From NCBI GenBank assembly GCA_041687095.1, contig JAWLCQ010000001.1:25664-89663 (forward strand): a stretch of DNA of 64,000 nucleotides, written 5' to 3'. Source of the DNA: Phycisphaerae bacterium (GTDB lineage Bacteria; Planctomycetota; Phycisphaerae; SM23-33). The notes beneath the pieces were generated by a model. It made no database searches, was not told the DNA's origin, and was given only the letters and a program-made list of their open reading frames with translations. Positions 61,001-64,000 of this stretch are shown piece by piece. Position numbers and translations under genes: made by a program. Position 1 is the first letter of the stretch. Every line of letters starts with the position of its first letter.

Positions 61001-64000
61001 ACAACCATAACGGGATCCGAACCAGCGGCGTGCGGGCCCGCGTGAGCGACAACCGCGTCGAGGGCGGGCAATCCGGGATGCTGATCTACGGACAGAACAA
61101 CGCCCGCTCGGAGTGGGCCGAGGTCGTCGGTAACACCGTCACCGGCCAGAACCATCAGGGCATCTACGCCGTCTACGCGCTGGTGCAGGGCAACACCGTC
61201 TATGCGGTGAACCACATCGAGGGCTCGGCGTCGGGGGCGATCGTCGGCAGCGGCTCCGAGATCGTCGGCAACACGGTGTACGACAGCAAGTGGGCCATCC
61301 GCAACGGCGGGCAGCAGGGTTTCACCCGCGACAACGTGGTGTACGGGAACGTGGTGGGGCTCTGGGTGGACCGCTCCCCGACGGAGGGCAACGTCGCCTA
61401 CTCCAACGGGATCGGCATCCAGGCGACGGGGCAGTCGCCCCGCGTCGCGAATAACCTCGTCTACGGCAATACCAGCGCGGGCGTGGTGCTGTACTACACC
61501 TACGGCACCCCGGCGGTGGAGAACAACACGGTTTACCAGACGGCGGGGGACGGTGTTCGCCTGGAGGGCAGCTCCCCGGCCCTCAACGTCGCGCTGCGGA
61601 ACAACATCGTCGTGATGGCGGGGGGGAACTACGCCCTGAACATCAGCAACGGCAGCCAGCAGGGCTTCACGAGCGACTACAACCTCTTTCACACCACCGG
61701 CGGGGCGAGGTTGGCGCTTCTGCTCGGGGAGCAGTACGCCGACGTCGCGACGTGGTTCTATCGGACCGGGTACGACCGCCACAGCCTCCAGGCCGATCCG
61801 CTCTTCTCCGACCCCGACGGGGCGGACGGGCGCCTGGGCTACGCGGGCGGGGTCAACGGCGGGGCGGATGACGACTTCTCGCTGTCGCCGGCGTCCCCGG
61901 GTGTCGGGGCGGGCGACCCGGGGACCTACGCCGCAGCGCAGCCGCCGGCGGGCCCGGGACGGATCACCCTCGGCCACCAGGGCAACACCGCCGGGGCCCA
62001 GACCGGCAGCGGTTCGGGCGTGCAGGTCGTCTCGCCCAACGGGTTGGACCGCGTGGCGGTGGGGGAGACGGTCTCCGTCACCTGGCAGTCGTGGGGCCTC
62101 GCCGCGGTTCGCCCCGTCGCGCAGGTCAACGCGGGCGGGACCGGCAGCGGCTACTGGAACACCGACGTCCTGCGCAGCGGCGGGACGACGGGCACGATCG
62201 CCGAGCCCGTCAACACCGCGGGCGTGACCGATCCCGCCCCCGCGTCCGTCTACGCCTCCTACTCCTCCGGGGCGTACTTCAACCCCATGAGCTACGCCAT
62301 GAGCGTCCCCGACGGGACGTACACCATCCGCCTGCACTTCGTGGAGCCCTCGCAGCACAGTTCCGTCGGGTCGCGGCGGTTCGACGTGCGGCTGCAGGGC
62401 GAGACGGTCCTGTCGAACTTTGACATCCACGCGACGGCGGGCGGGCGCTACATCGCCGTCGCCCGCGACTTCGTCGTCACCGCCTCGGGCGGGACGGGCA
62501 TCCAGATGAGCTTCGTCGAGCGAGCGGGCTACGCCATCCTCAGCGCCATCGAGATCCTCTGCGATCAGCCCCAGGGCCAGTCCCCCGTCTCGGCGGACTT
62601 GGACCTCTCCACCGACGGTGGGGCCACCTGGTCCCCGCTGGCCGCCGGCGTGCCCATGGACCGCCTGGGCCGCGGACAGTACGACTGGACCGTCACGCAC
62701 GCCCCCGCCGCTGACGTCCGCCTGCGCGTGACGGCCGGTGGGGTCTCGGACGCCTCCGACCGCTCCTTCCAGATCGTCTCGGCCGGCAACGACTACTACG
62801 TCAACGACGCAAACGTCGCGGCGGGCGACTGGACGACGGCTGTCGGCAACGATGCCAACTCGGGCAAGAGCCCTGACGCCCCGATGGCGAGCCTGGCGGG
62901 GCTGCTGGCGCTGTATCGCCCGGGCGCGGGCGACCGCGTCTTCGTCGATGCGGGCACGTACAACCTGGCCTCCTCGCTGGAGCTGGGGCCGGAGTTCACC
63001 GGCGTGCAGATCCTCGGGTACGCCGACGCGAACCACCCCGATCGCGAAACCGTCCTCGACCGCAACAACGTCTCCATGTCGGCGATCGTCTTCCGGGGGG
63101 CCGACGACGTTCTCCTGTCGGACCTCGCGATCACCGGGGGGTACGCGGGCGTGGCCCTGGCGGGGTCGGCCGACAGCGACCGCGTGACCCTTCGCGGGGG
63201 GCGGATGTTCGGGAACGACTACGCGGGCGTGAGCGTCGCCGCCGGCAACGACTTCGTCCGCATCGAGAACGTCGAGATCGACGGGCTCGCCCACGACGGC
63301 GTGCGGCAGAACGTCGGGATCTACAGCGTGGCCGACAACGCCACGATCATCGGCAACCGCATACACGGGCACACCGACGTCAAGTCGATCGACATCGCCG
63401 GCGGGTTCGCCGAGGTCGCCTTCAACGACATCTCGGGAAGCGCGTACGGCCTGTACCTGTACAGCGGATCGACGCAACGCAGCATGGTCCACGACAACGA
63501 GGTGCAGGCGGGCACGGGGTACGGAATGTACCTCATAGGCAACGTCCTGGCGCAGAACAACCGGATCCACAACATCTACGGGATGAACACCGGGTACGGC
63601 GTCTATGCGACGAGCGCCGTGGAACTGCTCGCCAACGAGGTCTATGACTCCGCCCGCGGGATCTACTCCAGCGGGCCGATCCGCAGCAACGTCGTGCATG
63701 GCTGCCAGTACTACGGGATCCACACGCAGGACCGCGACCAGATCGTCGAGGGCAACCGCGTCTACGACAACGCCGTGGGCATCCAGTACCACGGCGGGGG
63801 GCAGGTCGTGGGCAACTGGGTCTACTCGAACATGGTGGGCATCCAGTCCGGCTCCAGCGCCCGCGGGCGGATCGAGGGCAACGTCGTCTACGCCAACGAC
63901 GACGCGGCCATCGTCCTGAGCGGATCCAGCGTCTACGACATCGACGTGCTGTCCAACACCGTCTACCAGCACGTTGGCGATGCGATCTCGCTGGGAGGCG
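46006..64000 (+). CDS. Giant modular cell-surface protein, 3'-truncated by the window (at least 5998 codons in window): N-terminal non-repetitive region, PPC-like and EF-hand-like segments, then at least 5 tandem modules of Ig-like domain plus right-handed beta-helix (PbH1/NosD-like) repeats, with a malectin-like carbohydrate-binding insert
   Basis: Frame 1 (positions of form 3n+1) is open and protein-like from the ATG at 46006 (AAGGAGAG SD, in-frame TGA at 45955) to nt 64000. I checked this by translating about 15 separate stretches. It is absent from the ORF track, presumably because there is no in-window stop; all listed minus-strand ORFs here are antisense shadows. Motifs: DADGDGRLHWDEL (around 50900), PPC-like VQWYRFSTDRDNEVFDF...LAVFNADGE (around 51200), recurring YYVND..G..P.APKAS...GD.I.VD.G.Y.L module heads at about 51496, 56401, 58321, 60343 and 62791, beta-helix rungs (GN.V.GN..GI), malectin-like RRFDVRLQGETVLSNFDI...LSAIEIL (around 62330-62560). 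Confidence 0.8.
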   Translation, partial: MSADAVQRAKVRGSLTNGSGRIELLEQRILLSGTPLPDAARLGLIEGLTEFAQWTDRLGQTEAFTTGLPLSDGATLGTVTAAGDVVQTYLVDRVCQVLQSPGATLEDVVSALRDLGGSFVGDLGGRQVPLDVLVDPAAVVGAWVDSEISFSLPFQALLRPPSGVDLDDALGALGFTSGAEFALDALGSLTLDLTFGFDLSEGLGQAEQFFLRPVEMLLEADLSGADFDLPDLRMGFMDLGITHGSISLSGLADVSFVNPDADLLGRITLDELRNTAMDVLAAVTPGGTLQASLPLSGVLGAMGLGAPQISLNCLDVFQLPVEMGFNADFEALLPLGRIDPAMVLEAFDSLGASLTSLQRSDVFARIEGLGAQKLSDLLRLGENLRGIIDEVLMRPIDGAHGLYESAFDSAQSLLERLAAYPQSVLSSSADYLDGVLTYTLRFAASDALEGDFAYDYSDGPLSLSATGTVSGEVGTEVALTLGLDLSALSAEVIAAGAAPVGGQLDRSAEFSVQVGSDAPVRVTVPAEATADNAGLDDLVADINAALADAGLVAWTGAGAVLLVEARRVTVETADGERQRIALRTLGPWVAARLSVTPGAGAGQLGFTSAMEDHCRPEDFAFVQDAGASASMLVAAQMPEGHGRLGMLGGITLTNGAAWVGGTGYTPASPVPATVSFQIGQAGVRYGLGDLAETIGSDAAGLVEDSLTTDVQAGYQFTVTIEGQTAELLGLDPLAVRSIEVLYPDVVGGLAPVISTVGMDELLAAGQQITRGQIVEALHALVDFLQGLESLQGPLSWRLPGTGLSVNEMVDCAQDLARLIERINAEGLTALNDSLSGLAATVRDVLGLAEDQFLLRIEPASAAGEAALRMTLDLDYAFDRQAAVNLDLETLMGASLWPQMADYTSILGESGGGTVRVDGSAHVTIDLGVGLSSLDPFLYEGTAIGGALRVQGRDLAFDLTLGPLPGMAVAGGHLLVGDCPEGGPAAYGAGEIPAAAFRVGLTDTDPATVERYYLSSIADSDVTGTLDAQVDLVLPFEGDWVDPADADLWLLAGVDAQGALADVDGDFPTFVMPDTLNLEAMIDGLRTLLTRLRDALGTQAFNLSLPIVGTQLNTAYLDSLLARLGGWSPYDALHAATWATNNLAAMFGASAQIQAADTGDMDAADAAAEWIIQLSDTYAFGAADVDFDLGLPGLGLDIDAHADVSLDWVFNLGLGFSKNKGFYLITDDGGFATGLAFAGESPTLGVALTAGVTDLDASGRLGFLNLTAEAIPGAPIGASGQFAIDLSGLNGRVYYNRLASSIYDVDVAYALSADVNARLEIAYSANFPSILSDLVMHWSFDNDDATVDAPLSLALEDIRIDLGGYLGGVVSPVVERINEVFEPLQPILNVLNTTVPVVSYVLDRDVTILDLAIMAGGSGGYDVEFLSDVAAVVDLAGRLPALQSHYIHLGTYTFGSGLVSADSPLDLAVNGGAFEGNENALVDARNAGGGFGAFLDDLQEIGIEIPLLAEPLRVVELFLGRDVELVQYTTPRLALDIDFRQQTPIIFPWLVFTIGMDASISAQAAFGYDTRGLRQYADGGDTGDLLNGFYMRTGPQYPLIRFAGHAALGLGVSLGGVVAAGVEGGIGLDGHIYATDADGDGRLHWDELPAFEPGEILSLFDCDGSIYFDVRLWWETPIDDGTYTLAKVTLMDFGAGTGGAIEHEADIEFDQRAMGNSVDLGQAPTARVYHPELWDSRGVQWYRFSTDRDNEVFDFSAVRASAGNDMALAVFNADGERLAMSAGWGSSQATLNDVRLGERGVYYLAVMCNDPEWPLESVSVTPNTDALTGTVVYYVNDLDDSPDPYLMGNPYTSAPGDDANSGLDPAHPKASISAVVSSLTGNEGRVYILVDSGHYRVDDEAERIRLAQGNVWFVGTWHTNVTFAAGPLFDLNNAGDVHLYGFNLYGEGTATAVRTRGDGLWDAAAGHYAPVDSLVIEGNRFDGVGVGIDAGCFQSVVISGNRFTGEGAAGVVLGTSAMAMVSGNSYRGYVGQYGLRTGGRFSAFVADNEIAGTVASVWADDGGSVYLRGNTISGSVVLRGDRDNVVRGNTITGDVRLIAPADPNWGQIVWPGEWVEANALAPLPYDEAFSQAIVGNVISGAVRVEYATATLIEGNVSLGSVVVAAGNKNTQIPIIVRLNESIDAGAGVAVEVTGLSWADITDNALIRGATGVLIDTSDLCTVSGNLIDATQYGLRIVNAGSMLAMENRIDAGVEGVRIEGNYFVRLEGNEISGGESSIRGIGSWVVPRVTGNRLTGGVWFEGDGLLVPPMLRRLGQFRENDVDGTVTIDTGHRLEVLGNLLRTGRLTVTTGGNATVSDNLVNQEMILTIGGSADVSWNLVDLGDLRLTVASGQAWTVSDNTLTGGYVGGGDLVVSGGTRAQAQGNTVVNGDLRVTITDAPTSATPASVLTDNTVSGVLSLVGGPGADIHDNPSLGGLHVAIGGAWGQADRAWHTRITNNPVITGDSHEGRGTIDVTVPGTLLVSGSVVQRGHSYFTAAGAVRIEGNDFVAGDLFVAIPGDSGTFGEAPSVLAGNWVRAGSVWYSGGGGLDLYDNPILDRTVDIEITQPWTAMPAGRMYHTRVFTTPGGAQAIGNLLLDIPGSAEVRDTHFDGSWGLQIGGSSLVGHLVENVTTTFGGITITSGPAATLRGNTVWGGVTVNVAGNELPAGTDWATVVEDNTVSDGIWLNLDTRAEVRRNTITESGQAFSDGSLRIAGAADSGHVVTGNTIHGGIEITSGPCATIEGNSLAFGSIVLNIPDDEVIVGQANVTHIRGNVLAMGGVSARLGAAAVIEPLALSGGGEQPNVVSFLTLTGSSAAAHQVRGNRVTGDISVSAGPAVVIEDNTGPLASDPLGTIRVRLGGAGQDGSIVSGNRAGTIDLQLASGGTIGHNTAGAGMLLTLGNAGGVLHNTVLGGGMALAGSGGDGHLVQGNVVTGGVRVSASAAIAHDITGNTISGAAYGLEVTGGAPATVHDNVRIEGDSIGIRIVGNARVTVEDNPAILGTAWGVWADGDGAVLTIRGNDIVGGVYVDSLLGALIESNEIHDGTTGVYLTGGSTDVVRGNVVRGFSTGVQFLSAAAEAYGNEIHSNVTGVRTPATLGGSDWIAPNAIHHNTVGVEALAGATVRFNRLEANAIGIDAAGSVSVHHNVLADNSAQGVLVDAASNVQVVNNTIVTADGFGDGVVVQGGSSGAAVRNNILWSRGGYGLYVANDSQVGLASDYNNLYASGSGRVVWYQRAYDDLLDWQLDSLYDAHSIGYTRIDPLRDDPRFVDPAGGDYRVQMGSTGIDRGDPASDFTLEPSVSGGRINLGAFGGTSEAAQSSAAYLRVEYPDFHADWQVDRARNIRWSQWNVAGDVRVEVYRTDGTPAAAVGTFAAAAGECSWSPRMAGLSVDLSQGYRVRVTSVSDGSVFAESREPFYVVPVGGTFYVNDALTGDDQYTTAAGDNRNPGLSPDAPKASVLATLRLYDLGAGDVIRIDDGYYPLPTNLLLGGPGSAGDDEGVHLDGPTLAGSEAVLDRVVTRAGTIAVDVNRADGIELRNLTIRNGQRTLWVREGSERFVGEHLDISGSALDGIRIESGCEDVWLQSLRVHGNGGAGVYAAPARVTLLDSEIANNAGTGVSLPAAGAARIEGNTVSGNAAGIVITHAVAGTTAIVGSLGHGNLVRSNAGDGITAVGRVLVEGNTVSGHTGAAGIRITEGTSAYPEANDNVVSGNATGIESNTRASVRGNLVYDNAVHGIRARGSETLANNVVHDSGVGIQLWSYYTGTIEHNVLYANATAAVRVTGPSTGAISLRHNTIHQTAGDGVRLETTADGVTLDNNIIVVEGGYGIYVSDNSQPGFSSDDNLLRATGGGRVGYWQGEAGSLAQWRQASGQDSRSLSDDPRFVNAAGGDYHLQSLTGSMHGGTLAVVLDGATGLPVAAAGTLEFDGAQSPAIDRGRAGSAYDQEPAPHGAFANLGAYGNTPQASRSPVSYVMLLTPEGGSVVMTGRSATVRWRSEGFTGAVDIELLRGGAFLRTVATGVANSGEYAWIAPADLPAGSDYSLRITRPGGVSGASATFSVEAFQGVYYVNDGSVNGDGADWTTAAGAMGNTGLSPDSPKASIAAVFESYELVPGDVIYVDAGVYTLSSNLLLTAAQSGIRIVGYHDDAHPDRQAVLDRANTLAGSYAIQLSGASGASLEHLSFTGAYSGIYAADAVVSDGIRIENCRFYGNETWGVWLGAGSANVVVEGSHFSGMAVAGIDQRGGVYLGGSGAQVRGSTMHDFALDWYYGIETTGADATVDGNTITNVFNGLHVTGVRSMVSGNTVSGGRTGMNLSGFSNVADWIEASGNIVHGQTWQGIYAGSGVRVVGNTVYNVIHSEHTGSPSGAIHATGDILDNVVYASTWGIRSGGYTGMTVRGNLVYGCTIGIFTCSGTLEANELRNNVTGIKISGYYEGVVRNNLIRDNTQAGLVVYATTPYGTRLVENNTFHQPTGDAIRLQETALNVILRNNIIHVGGGYGVYVSNDSQSSLTSDYNLIHTTGSGKAGYWQSDRATLADWRSATGKDAWSLSQDPLFVDPAGGDFHLQSPHGSYHGGRLAVALDSATGLPVSVAGQWVSDAAQSPAIDRGDAGVSYANEPAPNGAFVNLGAFGGTAQASRSPDAYLTVLSPSAGETWMTNRTSVLRWRSQDMDGAVAIELLRGGTVQSVIAASAPNSGSYEWLLPRELAEAGDYSIRITRSGEVVGQSGTFSIVPAAAAYYVNDGSVNAAGDWTTAAGNDAADGLTRSTPRSSIAAILASYQLSAGDVIYVDAGVYTLSSNLVLSAAQSGIRIVGYHDEAHEDRRAELRRGNTSSSSYAIQLAGAADVSLEHLHITGAYHGVYAANSAGATGLTILDCTIYGNSSYGVWVGTGNHGAGVADSELHGLLYNGVRQVDGVYLGGNSSRVIDSYLHGHSSGNSDAIELPGTDAVVSGNVLVNNHNGIRTSGVRARVSDNRVEGGQSGMLIYGQNNARSEWAEVVGNTVTGQNHQGIYAVYALVQGNTVYAVNHIEGSASGAIVGSGSEIVGNTVYDSKWAIRNGGQQGFTRDNVVYGNVVGLWVDRSPTEGNVAYSNGIGIQATGQSPRVANNLVYGNTSAGVVLYYTYGTPAVENNTVYQTAGDGVRLEGSSPALNVALRNNIVVMAGGNYALNISNGSQQGFTSDYNLFHTTGGARLALLLGEQYADVATWFYRTGYDRHSLQADPLFSDPDGADGRLGYAGGVNGGADDDFSLSPASPGVGAGDPGTYAAAQPPAGPGRITLGHQGNTAGAQTGSGSGVQVVSPNGLDRVAVGETVSVTWQSWGLAAVRPVAQVNAGGTGSGYWNTDVLRSGGTTGTIAEPVNTAGVTDPAPASVYASYSSGAYFNPMSYAMSVPDGTYTIRLHFVEPSQHSSVGSRRFDVRLQGETVLSNFDIHATAGGRYIAVARDFVVTASGGTGIQMSFVERAGYAILSAIEILCDQPQGQSPVSADLDLSTDGGATWSPLAAGVPMDRLGRGQYDWTVTHAPAADVRLRVTAGGVSDASDRSFQIVSAGNDYYVNDANVAAGDWTTAVGNDANSGKSPDAPMASLAGLLALYRPGAGDRVFVDAGTYNLASSLELGPEFTGVQILGYADANHPDRETVLDRNNVSMSAIVFRGADDVLLSDLAITGGYAGVALAGSADSDRVTLRGGRMFGNDYAGVSVAAGNDFVRIENVEIDGLAHDGVRQNVGIYSVADNATIIGNRIHGHTDVKSIDIAGGFAEVAFNDISGSAYGLYLYSGSTQRSMVHDNEVQAGTGYGMYLIGNVLAQNNRIHNIYGMNTGYGVYATSAVELLANEVYDSARGIYSSGPIRSNVVHGCQYYGIHTQDRDQIVEGNRVYDNAVGIQYHGGGQVVGNWVYSNMVGIQSGSSARGRIEGNVVYANDDAAIVLSGSSVYDIDVLSNTVYQHVGDAISLGG

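Noticed and set aside
46744-63972. Four very long minus-strand ORFs from the track (46744..51603, 51631..55563, 55870..59850, 60247..63972; 1241-1619 aa each) plus several plus-strand frame-0 ORFs (e.g. 50985..54647)
   Set aside because: Their translations are dominated by Arg/Gly/Pro/Val/Asp runs typical of antisense or out-of-frame reading of GC3-rich genes. The plus frame 3n+1 reads as normal protein continuously across all of them, and the gaps between them (51604-51630, 55564-55869, 59851-60246) make no sense as gene boundaries. They are shadows of the giant gene.
1-64000. tRNA, rRNA, tmRNA, RNase P and SRP RNA genes
   Set aside because: I scanned the non-coding stretches (3130-3475, 18193-18396, 20531-20811, 21844-22250, 30716-31191, 34079-34448, 44462-45155) for T-loop GGTTCGAATCC-like motifs, tmRNA tag-peptide signatures and RNase P P4 sequences. 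I found none. A covariance-model search is still needed to exclude small structured RNAs.

Overview
This is a 64 kb window at about 70 % GC with GC3-rich codon usage. I used that codon bias to choose the coding frame among the many overlapping high-GC ORFs. The gene content (Ser/Thr kinase, ECF sigma/anti-sigma pair, PEP-CTERM protein, giant beta-helix surface protein, dense glycoside-hydrolase cluster) suggests a PVC-superphylum bacterium (Planctomycetota or Verrucomicrobiota), which is inference only. I found no rRNA, tRNA or CRISPR array.

Genes from left to right:
- 5'-truncated Ser/Thr kinase with a membrane plus signal-peptidase-like C-terminus
- membrane protein; cold-shock gene with promoter and long 5' UTR
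- minus-strand operon: membrane protein -> GT28/MGDG-synthase-like glycosyltransferase (ATGA overlap) -> single-HKD PLD-like protein
- divergent ThyA-like thymidylate synthase
- receiver-like protein -> GGDEF diguanylate cyclase (ATGA overlap), divergent from a multi-PAS hybrid histidine kinase
- MoxR AAA+ -> small membrane ORF -> DUF58 -> TgpA-like transglutaminase operon
- ribE and pdxA, separated by a microsatellite-rich spacer
- ECF sigma factor plus a 1593-aa anti-sigma/VWA protein
- a 13 kb CAZyme cluster: alpha-galactosidase-like, GH43-like, beta-helix GH, FAD oxidoreductase, esterase, nucleoside hydrolase, GH78 rhamnosidase, BNR sialidase
- SWIM zinc-finger protein plus SNF2 helicase pair
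- a PEP-CTERM protein

The most striking feature is a single uninterrupted ORF from 46006 to the window end (about 6000 codons or more). It is absent from the supplied ORF track, presumably because it has no in-window stop. It encodes a tandem-modular beta-helix / Ig-like / malectin-like giant surface protein.

Several structured non-coding elements are also present: a roughly 105-nt repeat found twice at convergent gene ends, a 146-nt nested palindrome, long inverted repeats, and 7-8-mer tandem arrays.
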